From NCBI GenBank assembly GCA_009914755.4, contig CP068257.2, positions 26,432,001 to 26,496,000 of the forward strand: a stretch of DNA of 64,000 nt, read 5' to 3'. Origin of the DNA: the human T2T-CHM13v2.0 reference genome, Homo sapiens. Numbering within the stretch: position 1 is the stretch's first letter; each line of letters begins with the position of its first letter. The notes under the pieces were generated by a model. That model saw only the letters and a list, made by a program, of their open reading frames with translations, was not told the DNA's origin and did not search any database. This document shows positions 1 through 13,649 of the stretch, piece by piece. A program made the translations under genes and the position numbers.

Positions 1-1726
1 ATGGCAAGGAGAGGAGGAGTAACAAACCAAGGCAAAATGAAATTATGCTGTGTAGTCATTTCATATCAGCACACCATTCACTATCTTTATCCAAAATTGC
101 CTTTCGAAAAATTAAGTCTATTTAATATACTGGGAAGGGGACTTAATGAGTTGTTGTATGCAAATTCCTGATTATTTTCCCTCTACCATCAGCAACAGTT
201 CAACAAAGTGCATCTCATCTTACTCTTAGGGTTGTTTAAGAACTTGATCCCTGGGAACACCTGTTAGTAGCATGGCTTAAAATTCTCTGTGTTGTTTTCT
301 CCCCCTTTGGAAGCTGTTTCACCCAGCTGCTGATAATTAGAAAAACAAAGCAAATCCCTCTCATGGATGCTGTCCTCTGGCGAAAGCCAAGCAGCATAAA
401 GCCAAAGAACACCGTAAGCCTTTTTGTTTTAAACGAGGAGGCACGCTGCACTATATTCCTCTTGACTGCAAAACCACAGGAATGGATTAATATCACTAAC
501 CACAAGAGACCTTTGTGTACGAATGTGGGGGGAGGGCATGAGAAGAATATTAATCTGTGATGTATGACCTTATAGTTTCTGCAAAAAGTTAAAAGCTGCA
601 TGTATTTGAATCAACGCATGATAAATGTATCAGCCATATAAGATGAATAATATGGCTAAATACCAAGAGCTGAGCTCTTTCCCAGAATTAACTATTTTTA
701 ACTCAGGAGGCTTTTCAAATATTATGCAGAGATGGACATCCAGTAAATAGAGCAGAATTAAATAAGAATTCAAAAGCAAAGCAAAACTCTAGCACCAGAT
801 AAGCCCCTTCAATTAATCCTTATCTTTTAATATATTACATATACAATACATGTATGTCTGTAATATATTCAGTGATATGTATATATGACACTTAGTGAAT
901 AATTAAGAAAAACATTAAAATTGATATTTTATTGTGTTTAAATACAAGATGAACTGTAGAAGCAAAATGATAATTTATGTGTCCTACATACTTTTAAAAG
1001 AAATAAATCAAGGTGCATTTTAGTAATTTAACATGCTTATAATACTTTCCTTTGTTAGTTGAAATAAGAATTTTTTGAACATCTAAAATATGCAAAGCAT
1101 TTTAGTAGGTACTACGGATACTAAAGAAAAAAATAAAATGGAAGAGAAGCATATTTGTGAATATTTCTCAATAGTCTGGGATTCAAGATCTTATTCCAAG
1201 TTGCATTTCAAATCTTATTACTCTTCTACCTGTGTGACCCTCTCCCAGTACAACTGTTTAAAGATTCTAAAGTGAATCCTAGATCTTCAGCAAAATATAT
1301 GTCCTTTGTATATAATACCTCCCTCCATCTTTAACTGTCAAAATTCTGCAGTCTTCAAGATGTGATAAAACTCACTGGTAGATTATTGCAGGTGGTCATC
1401 ATGGTGGCAATTAGGGTCTAATCTAGGGTGATGAAAATTGAGGTAAAAATTAAGAAATAGATTCAATAGATTCTACTATATTGAAAAATGTAAGAGGTAG
1501 ACATTAGTTATCCGTGAGTAATGAAGGGAAATCAGGTGTTTGTGATGATGAAGATTTCAAATCTGGGTGACTAAAGAAGATTAATGCCGTGAATACAAAT
1601 AGGGATGTCAAAAATACGGGTTCAGTGTGTGAGACAAAGGTGATCAGTTTAGTTATTTTAAATGTAAAATGTCTATGGGACATCCTGGAAATATCATAAA
1701 AACATATAAAAATTAGAAGAACTTTA

Positions 1727-2060
<334 letters not shown>

Positions 2061-2941
2061 TTAGAGCTGAGCTATAACTAAGCTTTATGGTGCATGGTGC
2101 AAATGCATCCTGCTGGAAAGCAATGCTTGAAATTATGAGACTCTGGAGGCCAACAAGAAAAAAACATTGATAAACATTTATCTCTAGAGAACAAGAAAAG
2201 GTTGAGGAGCAAGCAACCAAGGGACTCAAAAGAAAAACTTTCTTATATTGAAGAGACTAGGAAAAGAGTATCAACAGCCACAGAGTTCAATAATGTTATT
2301 TACTGGCAGTCTCCAACCCTTTTGGCACCAGGGACCAGTTTCATGGAAGACAATTTCCCACAGATCAGGGTGGAGGGTGGTTTGTGGATGATTCAAGTGC
2401 ATTACATTTGTTGTGCAGTTTATTTCTATTATGATTACATTATAATATAGAATTAAATAATTATACAACTCATCATAATGTAGAATCAGTGGGAGCCCTG
2501 TACTTGTTTTTCCGCAACTAGAAGGTCCCATGTGGGGGTGATGGGAGACAGTGACAAATCAACAGGTATTAGATTTTCATAAAGAGTGCCCAAGTTAGAT
2601 CCCTTGCATGCACAGCATAGGGTTCACGCTCCTATGAGACTCTAATGCTGATGCTGATCTGATAGGAGGTGGAGCTCAGGCAGTAATTTGAGTGATGGAA
2701 AGTGGCTGTAAATATGCTGAAGCTTCAATATTAGGAAGCAGCCGGGTTCCTAACGGTTCAGTCCATGGCCCCAGGACTGGAGACCCCTGTTGTATATGAC
2801 AGGTGTCCAGGAATAAAAATAACTAATAGAAGATCACCACTCAGTGGAAACTGGTCAACTTTAAGGAAGCAAGTTGTAAAGAGTTAGCTGCAAAAGAAGT
2901 CATAGTGCTTGGATTTGAGAATGAAAATAGCGAGCAAGTCA

Positions 2942-4029
2942 GGAATTGTTGCGGGAAGTCAGGGACCCCGAACGAAGGGACCAGCTGAAGCCATGGCAGA
3001 AAAACATAAATTGTGAAGATTTCATGGATATTTATTAGTTCCCCAGATTAATACTTTTATAATTTTTTATGCCTGTCTTTACTGCAATCTCTGAACATAA
3101 ATTGTGAAGATTTCATGGACATATATCACTTCCCCAGTCAATACTCTTATAATTTCCTATGCCTGTCTTTACTTTAATCTCTTAATCCTGTCATCTTTGT
3201 AAACTGAGGATGTATGTAGCCTCAGGATCCTGTGATGATTGCATTATCTGCACAAATTGTTTGTAGAGCATGTGTGTTTGAACAATATGAAATCTGGGCA
3301 TCCAAAAGGAACAGGATGGCTGCGATTTTCAGGGAACAAAGGAGATAACCATTGGGCCTGACTGCCTGTGGGGCCAGACAAAACAGAGTCATATTTCTCT
3401 TCTTACAAAAGTGAATAGGGAGAAATTTCGCTGAATTCTTTTTCTCAGCAAGGAAGAGCCCTGAGAAAGGAATGCATTCCCAGGGATAGGTCTCTAAAAT
3501 GGCCACTCTGGGAATGTGTGTCTTATACAGTTGTAGGTATGGGATGAAATTAGCCCTGGTCTCCCGTAGCACCCCCAGGCCTACTAGGATTAGAAAATTC
3601 CTGCCTAGTAAATTTTAGTCAGACTGGTTGTCTGTTCTCAAACCCTGTCTCCTGATAAGATGTTATCAACAATAATGCGTGCCCCGTGGGACATGACACT
3701 TCATCAGCATTTCTAATTTCGCCCTAGTCCAGTGATCTCGCTCTGCCCCCATTTGCCTTGTGATATTTTATTGCCCTTGAAGCTTGTGATCTCTGTGACC
3801 CACACCCTATTTGTACACCCCTCCCCTTTTGAAATCCATAATAAAAACTTGCTGGTTTTGTGGCTCAGGAGGCATCACATAACCTGCCGACATGTGATGT
3901 CTCCCCTGGACACCCAGCTTTAAGATTTCTCTCTTTTGTACTCTTTCCCTTTATTTCCCACACCGGCCGATACTTAAAGAAAATAGAAAAGAACCTACGT
4001 TGAAATACTGGGGGCTAGTTCCCCTGATA
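2942..4029 (+). mobile_element. LTR12-family (HERV9, ERV1) solo LTR
   Basis: 5' part GGAAGTCAGGGACCCCGAACGAAGGGACCAGCTGAAGCCATGGCAGAA..GTGAAGATTTCATGGA. 3' part ..CCCCATTTGCCTTGTGATATTTTATTGCCCTTGAAGC..AATAAAAACTTGCTGGTTTTG..GAACCTACGTTGAAATACTGGGGGCTAGTTCCCCTGATA. Both match my recollection of LTR12 termini. No HERV9 internal sequence or primer-binding site is evident in either flank, hence a solo LTR. Confidence 0.7.
3006..3186 (+). repeat. Tandem duplication (2 x about 91 bp) inside the LTR12 U3 region
   Basis: CATAAATTGTGAAGATTTCATGGA[T/C]AT..CCCCAG[A/T]..AATAC..TTATAATTT..TATGCCTGTCTTTACT..AATCTC occurs twice, head to tail. Confidence 0.85.
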
Positions 4030-4589
4030 TCGAATAATACTTTATTCCTTGGGGTTTGAAAGTGAAAGATACTCAACAGAGATTTTCATAGCTTAAGGGG
4101 GACTGAATGAGATAGAAAATGTGATCCTTGTTACCTAAATATTTCCATTCCTAAAATTATGTTTGATAGTGAGTTTTCATACAGCACCAGCTCATATTCC
4201 ATTTTTTTAATTTGGGGAAAAAATAACACCACCTTCTAATCCATACTCCCAATAACACAAAACATACTTCAACACCAGAAACAATCTAGCAAAAATTTGT
4301 GTAATACAATGTAACTAAGTGCCAATAAACTAATAATTTAACATGTAATGAACTCATTAGCAGGTATGTTTCAGTGTGATAGAAAAATACTATAGAATAA
4401 TGGATATTGGATATATTTACCTCCATGCTGTAAAAACACATATTAAGATGTAAATAAAAATACAATAATCTGTTAAAGATATGTCTGGGTTGGACCCTTA
4501 TTGAGGTACATTTCAACCATCATTTTTCCAGAAAGCTCTATCATTATTCAACCTCTTTTCCCCAGAAAGAAAGAATGAGTAACTCAGAG

Positions 4590-4896
4590 GATTTTTGTTT
4601 GCTTGTTTTTGTTTTGAGATGGAGTCTCACTCTGCCACCCAGGCTAGAGTCCAGTGACACAATTTCAGCTCACTGCAACATTCCTCTCCCAGGTTCAACT
4701 GATTCTCCTGCCTTAGCCTCCTGAGTAGCTGGGATTACAGCCATGTAGCACCAAGCCCAGCTAATTTTTGTATTTTTAGCAGAGATGGGATTTCACCGTG
4801 GTTGCCAGGCTGGTCTCAAACTCCTGACCTCAATTGATCTGCCCACCTCGGCCTCCTAAAGTGCTGGGATTACAGACGTGAGCCATCATGCCTAGC
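4590..4896 (-). mobile_element. Alu SINE with 10-bp TSD
   Basis: Starts with a T-rich tail then TTTTGAGATGGAGTCTCACTCTGCCACCCAGGCT, and ends ..GCTGGGATTACAGACGTGAGCCATCATGCCTAGC. TAACTCAGAG is present at 4580-4589 and 4897-4906. Confidence 0.9.
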
Positions 4897-7555
4897 TAAC
4901 TCAGAGTTATTGATGTTAAAAAGAAAATAATAGTAATACTTGATTGCCTACATTTCACCAGGTACTGTTATACCATATCTTGTGTCTTCTAACAACTCCA
5001 TGACATAAGTAACATATCATTAGCCTCATTTTAAAGATGAGGAACTTAAGACTCACAGTTTAAGTGGCAAAATTGTCCAAAGTCACATAGTTAATATATA
5101 AGAAAACCTAGATTTGAATTCTCGTATTCTGAGATGAAGGCCTCTTCACGTAACCCTTGGAATCCCTAACTAGTGGAGGAGGAGAGTCACCTTCTATTTG
5201 AGTAAGCCTGTCCTTTCAAAGGAGAATTAAATGTGATAACACACACCTGGCTCTACCTAGTTAGAAGACCAACCTCTGATACAGGAGCATTAGCCTCTAA
5301 AGTAAGCATGCAGTTAGAGGGGGGATGAGATGGTATTCCCTGAGACTTCCTACTGGCAAGCTGGCAAACTTGATGCCATGAGGGAACTGTCTGTAACATT
5401 TTGCCCAAGGTGGAAAGTTCAGTCAAGTGTATGTTTCTTAATGTTTTTAAAGTATTTGCTTAAATACTGGTTGTAGGGAGTAGAAAAAAAAGGACTAGAA
5501 GGCAGTGTACTCTGGAATTTTCCTAATGTGATGGAGGCTATAAAGAGAAGTTAGAGTTTATTTTGAATCCATGTGGTCAGAGAAGACCTCATAATCTGAT
5601 CTCTTGTCTAGTTTGGATGTGTCAACTCCCCACAGATGGTGGGGAGCGTGTTTGGATCCTGATAAGTCAGTTGCTGCTGTAGTGTGGACTACCCAAGTCA
5701 AAATCAAATCTTATCCATGTCTAAAGCAAATATTGGAACAAGATGAAAGAATTTGTGCACCTATAAAGATCACAGACATGACAATGTGACCCTAGAATAA
5801 GATATCATAAAAGAAGCCTTCTACAGTAGGAATAATATAAATAAAGGAGATTAAGTGTTTACAATAGTTCTTTGAGGGAGAGAAATGATCCTCTTGTTGG
5901 CACTGCATTAAACTGATTTTAATCACTGTAATAGGGGACATAGATAGATGCTTTATGAAAGGAAAATTCTATAATAGAACACTTAGGAGGAAAAATATTT
6001 TTTTCTGTGTGACTAGAAGGTCTCAGAAGAATCAAGTAATATGTTGTGTGGATGCTGGGTAATTGCTGTTTGATGAAAGAAAAGTTGGGGGTGGGGAAGG
6101 AGATGTTCTAAAGAAGAGCTGTAAAATCCAACCAGTTCAATTTGCTGCAAAATTGCTTCCTGTTATAAAGTACCAAAATTCAAAAAGGATACAGTTTGGT
6201 CTAGGGAAATCACACAAAACAAATATCTAAAATCCTTAAAAATTGCATTAGCCCTACACCACAACGAAAATAAAACACTGAGTCAGTGAGAAAATAAATC
6301 TACTTCTTATATTATTACTTTTCTTCTTGAAATTTGGCAAAATATACTGACAGTGTATTATTACCTCAAAGTATTCCTCAAAGTATTCTGTTTTTTAAAA
6401 TGTTTTCCTTTTAAAAAAATCAAAGTTACATTTTGTCAAATGAGTGTTATATAAGAAATATGAAGCGATATGGCTATAAGAGGAATACAAATTTTATTTT
6501 CACATCCAGATTCTAAGTTTGTAAAGAAATACTTGTACCATTTTTCTCTAATATTCAAGCAACTAACTTGCTACCCACTAACCTTGCAAAGATTAGTTAG
6601 CTGCTTCTGTGTAAGTAATGCAAATTTAAAGCATTAGCTCTAGGCAAATTAATGAATAGGTCTATCTGGCCAGAATCATAGACAGAAAAATCCTCATAAT
6701 GATTAAAAAGAAAAGACTAAAAAAGAAGAGGAAAAGTAGAAGATGAATTAGATACAAAAGAATATTATATTACTGGCTTAGTCACTTATTCTAAAACCTA
6801 CCCCTTCCATATGGAATATTGTACCAGGGCACCTGAATCAGATGTGCATAGACTCTGACACTATCTTGTCTTCACTTCACCAATGGAGTTCATTATGTGA
6901 GATTTGTAGTCCAAAACAACTCTCAGAAGCAAATCTTCGAAATATGCAAGAATTTGGTTTGGAATGAGTTAATTTCCATGCTTTGGCTAAAGTAGCAGAA
7001 CAAGAAATGATAGGCATAGTACAGAGAATGGAGAAATTAAGCTCATTCCAGAAAGCAGCAAGCTCTACTAGAAAGAAAACTGAGAGGGTACGAACTTCTT
7101 ATTTTAGGCTATCAATCGACACAGCAGGGCATTTTCACCTAATTTTATGGATTAAGGATTTGAAAATGAAAGCACGCTGAAGGGCTAGTTCTAAGAGGCA
7201 AAAAGGTTCAGTTTGCCCTGGATCCCGAATGGGTCAAAAGTTTTTATAGTTCAAGTAGATTCCAATAATCTGTTTTACTGTTTTAGGAAATAAAAATTAA
7301 TTGTAAGAAATACATTTAGTAAGACCTCCAAATGTTTCCAATTACATGAGATATTACATTTAAACATTATGCATAAATACAAAGGATGAAAACCATGTAT
7401 TGGTTCATTTTAGAATCTCTGTCATCCTATTTAGGAACGAGAAGGGAGAAGGATGGTTCTTTGGCCATCTAGTAGGGCCATCTACTGTGACCACCAATAT
7501 GGACTCATAATCTCGGAATAATACAATGCATTACCTTTAGTAAGAAACAGAAATC

Positions 7556-7655
7556 TTGGGACGCTGAGGCAGGAGGATTGGTTGGACCCAGGGGTTCAAG
7601 AGCAGTCTGGGCAACATAGTGAGACCCTACCTCTACAAAAACAGAAAAAGAAAAT
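7556..7655 (+). mobile_element. Free right-Alu-monomer-like fragment (FRAM-like)
   Basis: GGGACGCTGAGGCAGGAGGATTGGTTGGACCCAGGGGTTCAAGAGCAGTCTGGGCAACATAGTGAGACCCTACCTCTACAAAAAC resembles the 3' half of an Alu right arm with no left arm. Confidence 0.45.
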
Positions 7656-8047
7656 CATCAGAAAATTAGAGGTAAATCTTCCAGGAGAAAAGAAAACTAA
7701 TACTCAGCAGTGTCTTTACAGCAATCTAAATAGAAAGTTGATGCAAACCAGATTAAAATGACAGAAAATTATGTTGGGGGAAGAGGCCAGGCAAATGGGG
7801 ATTTGCTTCCATTAAATATTTAAGGAATTAGTAACATTATTTTAAACACAGCAGACCAGCAGGTACCCTAGAACAGTATCAACCTAGAAATGGGCTGGAA
7901 AAGTCTTGAGAGCAAACTCATTTTCTTACTAACTTGTTTACTTAAGAATGAGAATGGAGGAAGGGCCCTGAGCTATGTTTGTAACGTATTTGTTTTTCAA
8001 TATTAACTTAAATTCATTTTAGTAGATGTTTATAATTGATTTTTCAG

Positions 8048-8215
8048 TAGGTTTCTGTCATACCAGTAAATATATGTATATATGTGTGTATTTGTGTATA
8101 AATATACACATATATATACACATATATAGTATATAGATGTATATATATACGTATATATACATGTATACATATATACATATATATACATATATACACACAC
8201 ACATATATATATAGT
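8048..8215. repeat. Imperfect (TATATG/TGTATA/CA)n simple repeat
   Basis: Runs of ATATGTATATATGTGTGTAT..ATACACATATATACA. ORFs 8030..8257 and 8044..8226 (-) are artefacts of it (YIYVCVY...). Confidence 0.8.
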
Positions 8216-9796
8216 GTTTTTGTCATTCATACATAAATCAGATTTTATGCTATGCACAAGTGTGAGTCAATGATTTAGAACCAAAAGCGGGCTGTTTACC
8301 CTATAAACGTAATAATACATCAAGAAGTGTGTTAACAAACTTGCATTTTCCTTGGTATAATAAGTGTTGGTGCTTCTAGTCAATTCTTTAGGAATAATGT
8401 CTTGAGCATAGTAGCTTTTGTTTTTGAGTATTTTATGTCAGGGGCTCTGGGTAGCTCTTTTTTAATGAACTGGCTATACCAGAAATATTAGTACTAAATA
8501 AATAATCATATAACTTAAAAATTTATTTGTCATACCTCTAATTCCTGGTTAGAATAAAAGTGTTTATAAAATTAAAGGAGCATGTGTTATTATTCCTTTT
8601 CATTTATTCGTCTACCAAGACACTTATTTTAGTGTGTTTCCCATAAAGTCAATTCACACGAAATTTGGCATCAGCATAATTCTGATCATGATTCTGAAAT
8701 TTGCTTTATAAATAAAGTACTATCAATCATACTCCCAAATTTTAGAAGTAAAAAAAAAAAAGAAAGCTTTACTTGTTTTTCATATGCTGATAAACAGAAT
8801 TAGATTTGCTTGCAATGACAGCTCAGTATAAATTGTATAAAGGATACCAAATATAGTTACTGGCCTTGTTGAGTTTAAAACCTAATTAAGAAAAATTATG
8901 CAAGCTATTTAAAATTGCCAACAGAGAAAAAATACATTTGAGTTTTAAGGGATTCAATTTAGAGCACAACATGATTTAATTTAGAACACAAAACTTTAAA
9001 ATGCGGTCCTTAATTTCTCCATGTACTATGAGAGGGAAATTCTGTTATGAACCATGTCCACAGATTGCTTTTAAATAAACAATTTTATAATGTATGTGGG
9101 TGAATGAGTCCTCTTTAATGGCCACCATTTCCGCTATATTTAATTAAATTAAAGCAGAAAAGAATACATGCTTTTACTCATAAACCACTATCTGTGTTAG
9201 TAATAGTAGGAGATAAAAATAACCCCAAACAATAGCTGGTAGATATCCTTTAACATCTATTATAAACATAATTTTATATTTGAGAGAAAGGAGACACCAC
9301 TGACAGATTTTTTGCTTGGAGAAAAATTAAAGGTTTTGTTTTGCCTGTATGTTTATTTATTTGGTTTGGTTTTGATTTTCCCTTCAGGTAATATATAACT
9401 AAGGATGTGTACTAAAGGTCTACTAAAATTTTATCTAAAATTTTGTAAAAGATACACTCAATATGTACATAAGAAGTACCTGACCTGCAGAAAAAAATGT
9501 ATTAATTAATTAGTGTGATATTTTAAACTGAGTTTTCATAACATTAAAACATAAAAATTGAGAGCAAGAATAGTACTTACAGTTTTGCTAAAGGTTATTT
9601 TACAGTTTTTAGCCAGTAAAATTGAATCACTTAGTGCCCCGAAAGCAAAGAGTAATTTGCAAATCTCCTATGGGAGTATAAATTCATTGAAAGGAAGACC
9701 ATGTCTCTCTCATTCACCTTTGAATGCTTGATAACTATGGTAGTGTCTGGCCCCCACCAGGGGGGCTGTTGAGACTCAACAGACACCACAAAGAAC

Positions 9797-9800
<4 letters not shown>

Positions 9801-9847
<47 letters not shown>

Positions 9848-9860
9848 GCACATACACACA
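9801..9860. repeat. (CA)22 microsatellite with degenerate extension
   Basis: Pure CA run 9801-9844, then GACGCACATACACACA. It produces the HTHTHT and CVCVCV stretches in ORFs 9724..10212, 9631..9951 and 9776..9958. Confidence 0.95.
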
Positions 9861-11673
9861 AGTATTTGAATCTTTTTTTTTTCCTGAGTTTTTTGGTCAC
9901 ACACATGATGAAGGCAAATGCTGCAATAATTTCCATGTTGGCTGTCTTCACCTCTCAATTTATCTTTACTTTCCTCACTTAGCTAACTCTATTCACCTTT
10001 CAAGGCTCAGCTCAAAGCATTACATCCTCTGGGAATCCTTGCCTGTTTCATGTATTAGTAGTATACATGGGCTGTCACTCAAAGACTTCTCTGGCAAGTC
10101 CTTTTATCATGGCTCTTCTCTGACCGCATTTTTCATATCTCCTTCATCCTCCTCCGAGCTATGTGAGAGCAGAACCCAGTCTAGTAATCTGAACTTCGAT
10201 GCTGTGTCCTGAGCTAATAACTTATTAGAAATCTTAAACATGCTTGAAAAGTAAATAAACTAGTGAAGCAGTTAAATAAATATGTACAATCATGTTTTAT
10301 GACTTAATTATTTCATTAATTCCCAAATGAAAAGGGAGCATTACTCTCGGGAAAGATGTTTGCTGAGTAGTGGGAGGAATCATCTGTACAACTTCACCCC
10401 CAAATCATTGTCTCTATTTAGACATGTTCCCATGGAAAATATGGTATATGTGTAAAGGAGACATTCATAGAGGGAAAAACCATGTTGCATATAACTGGTT
10501 TAGATACTCAGGAAAAAAAAAAAAAGAAATGAGTGGAAATTCTCCCAACAGTCTTCCTACGAGTCTTCCCCATGAAAATCAGATTAAACTTGTAGTTTTT
10601 ATTTTAATTTTATAATTTGCTGAGTATATTTCTTATTAGCATATTCTGAACAATTCCTTAGCTTAGAATTCACTTTATTTGTTCACTACTGTTTTTAGAT
10701 ATCAAAACTGGATTGATATTTCAGGTTTTTCTGTCCTTTTGCCAACCTTTACATCACATCATGTTTGTTACTGAACAGAATATACGACTTTTTACAGAAT
10801 GGAGGCCCCATAAGGCCAACATTTGTGTCCATTTCGATCATTGTATTTCTAGTGCCTAGAACATTTTCTGAAACATAGTAGTAACTCAGTAAATATTTGT
10901 TGACTAAACTAATAGATTTAAAACCGAACAGTCACTGTAATATTTTTTCTATTACATCATGTATATAACAACATTTTAAGCTTTTTAAGATTGTATTATT
11001 TAAACTATTTGATTAAAGGAAATTCAAATGCTAGCAATTCTGTACCTTTTGGCTAACAGAATGTACCCGATCATTCGTACTTAATTTATACAAACCTTAG
11101 TTCAGTATTAACAACTTTATTTTTAAAAAGTAAATCATGAAATGTTCAAGACATGCAAAATCTATAAAAAGTGATGCAACAAATACCCATCTACCTACTT
11201 AGATTAATTATTTAAAATATTGTCTTCTAATAGAATTAAACATTCTATGTCACCTTTCCACACTACTTTCTCCAACATAAACACACACTATTGTGAATCT
11301 GGCAATTTTCATGTTCATGCATTTCTTTATAATTTCATATCATCACATCTATCCTCAATATGTGATATTGTTTATAGCTGTGGTTCTCAATGGATGATCC
11401 ACAATTCAGCAGAATCATCATTACCTGGGAACTCATTGGAAATACAAATTTTTAAGCTCCACCTCAGATGTACCACATCAACTCCAGGGCTAGAGCTCAG
11501 CATCTGTGTGATTGCAATGCATGCTGAAGTTCAGAAACTCCTGGTGTATAGCAACACTTTGAGTCTAAGTAACATCAGAGTCTCTGTTCTAGCAGAAATA
11601 GCACTTATTTGTGACATCTATTGATCCATTTCCTTCTTGCTATATTTTTAAAAAGAATGAACCTCACAGCACG

Positions 11674-11967
11674 TTTTTGTTTTTGTTTTCCTGAGATGGA
11701 GCCTTGCTCTCTGTCACCCATGCTGAATTGCAGTGGTGCAATCTCAGCTCACTCCAACTTTCGCCTCCTGGGTTCAAGCAGTTCTCCTACCTTAGCCTCC
11801 TGAGTAGCTAGGATTACAAGCACCCATCACCATGTCCAGCTAATTTTTTTTTTTTTTTTTAGTAGAGACGGGTTTCACCATGTTGGCCAAGATGGTCTCA
11901 ATCTCTTGACCTCGTGATCCACCGGCCTTGGCCTCCCAAATTGCTGGGATTACAGGCGTGAGCCATG
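11674..11967 (-). mobile_element. Alu SINE
   Basis: Starts GTTTTTGTTTTTGTTTTCCTGAGATGGAGCCTTGCTCTCTGTCACCC and ends ..GGGATTACAGGCGTGAGCCATGGTGCCTGGCC. Flanks CACAGCAC/GTTTT and CACAGCAT/GTTTT look like a roughly 13-bp TSD with one mismatch. Confidence 0.9.
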
Positions 11968-12681
11968 GTGCCTGGCCACAGCATGTTTTTTAATTTTTAA
12001 ATTGGAGGGATTGTTTCTTTATCAATTTATTATGATCTAATTTAAATACTCCTTTTAAAATACTTGGCTGATTCTCAAGTTGTAGTACATCAAGTAAGCA
12101 TTTTAAAATGTCTTCTAATTTGACCATTCTACTCATAATCTTTATAATTATGATGAAAAACACAAGTCACTTGTTCAGTCATATCACAGCTTTCTTAAGA
12201 GATGAGGAAACAAACTTCTCAGGACAATCTCTTTGACCAGCTTTTCTCATTGGTGAAACAAAATGAAAGATTTCATTTCCATTTTTAATAATTTTGTTAT
12301 TTCTTTTGCAAGTGATTGAAGCCAAGCAAGTTGCTAGACATGTTGTCACAAACAAGTTTCTGGCCATTTTGTAAAACAAAAAAAAAAGGACAGAAGTGCC
12401 CCAAATTCACCTTTTCTATCACCGGTCATGTCTTTTTTCATGTCCCTCTTAAATTAAAAATACATAGGAGGATGAAATTCCCTGCCTTTTGCTTGGAGGC
12501 ATCATATTTTATGATTCTGTCCTTTTAATGCTTTGCATTTTCTCTCTGGGCAGAGAATTATATGAATCGATCGAAAGCAACTGCGATGATTCTTTTATAG
12601 TTTATTATAGAATAAAAAATCCTTTTGAAAGTAAAAGAAAGTGTACTTAAATGGCAACTGGTAACATTGCTGACACTTTTC

Positions 12682-12900
12682 CAACCTCTACCTCCTGGGT
12701 TCAAATGATTCTCCTGCCTCAGCCTCCCAAGTAGCTGGGATTACAGGCAACCGCCACCACGCCCAGCTAATTTTTGTATTTTTGGTAGAGACGGGGTTTC
12801 ACCATGGTGGCCAGGTTGGTCTCAAACTCCTGACCTCGTGATCCACCTGCTTTGGCCTCCCAGAGTGCTAGGATTACAGGCGTGAGCCACTGTGCCCGGC
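12682..12900 (-). mobile_element. Alu lacking its 3'-terminal ~65 bp and A-tail, flanked by a 12-bp direct repeat
   Basis: Begins inside the right arm (CAACCTCTACCTCCTGGGTTCAAATGATTCTCCTGCCTCAGCCTCCCAAGTAGCTGGGATTACAGG) and ends at the Alu 5' end (..GTGAGCCACTGTGCCCGGC). CTGACACTTTTC is present at 12670-12681 and 12900-12911. Confidence 0.85.
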
Positions 12901-13444
12901 TGACACTTTTCTATACTGATAGGAATCTTCATGATCAGATGTTGTCAAATACTTTTAAAGTTTATATATAACATTGTATTAATTAAATCATTTCAAGAGG
13001 CTGTACCTACAAGCATGTCTATAAGGACAATGGTCACATTAAACTCAAAACAGAGAAGAAATTTATTTACACTTGGGTGTATTCTAAGTAGACTATAGTA
13101 GGCCAAAAAAATTCAGAAGATAAGCTGACATAGTACGGACTCTGGAATGTGTCAAACATCTACTCTCGTAAACACACAGACTTTCAGGTAGGAGATATAA
13201 ATTTCTCTCTCTGCTATGTCTATTATCTTGCCAAACAGCCCACTTAGTTGCATAAGCCCCTGCACTCTGCAGACAGCTTTTAAAAGAAACCTAGAGTATG
13301 TTGAAGTTCAGCTGTATCACTAACATTTCCATCACTTTTTTGAACTACAGCTTTAATTTTCACGACTCAACATAGAATCAGAATATACAAAAGAAGTTAA
13401 GACAACACAAAGTAACAGCAGTAATGTCAACAACATTTATACAT

Positions 13445-13468
13445 GATAGATTAGATAGACAGACACAC

Positions 13469-13520
<52 letters not shown>

Positions 13521-13545
13521 GAGATAGGTAGATGGATGGATAGAT

Positions 13546-13604
<59 letters not shown>

Positions 13605-13640
13605 GGGATAGATATGATAGATAAGATAGATAGATGAGAT
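13445..13640. repeat. (TAGA)n/(GATA)n microsatellite, about 45 units with interruptions
   Basis: GATAGATAGATAGATAG... with GATGGATGGATAGATGATAG interruptions. Encodes the (IYLS)n ORF artefacts. Confidence 0.95.
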
Positions 13641-13649
13641 AGAGAGAGA

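Noticed and set aside
1150-1280. Possible MIR-like fragment (..CTACCTGTGTGACCCTCTCCCAGTACAACTG..).
   Set aside because: The similarity to the MIR core (..TAGCTGTGTGACCTTGGGCAAGTCACTTAACC..) is too short and too weak to call by eye.
9631-10212. Overlapping ORFs of 106-162 aa with HTHTHT and CVCVCV stretches.
   Set aside because: Translation artefacts of the (CA)22 microsatellite on both strands.
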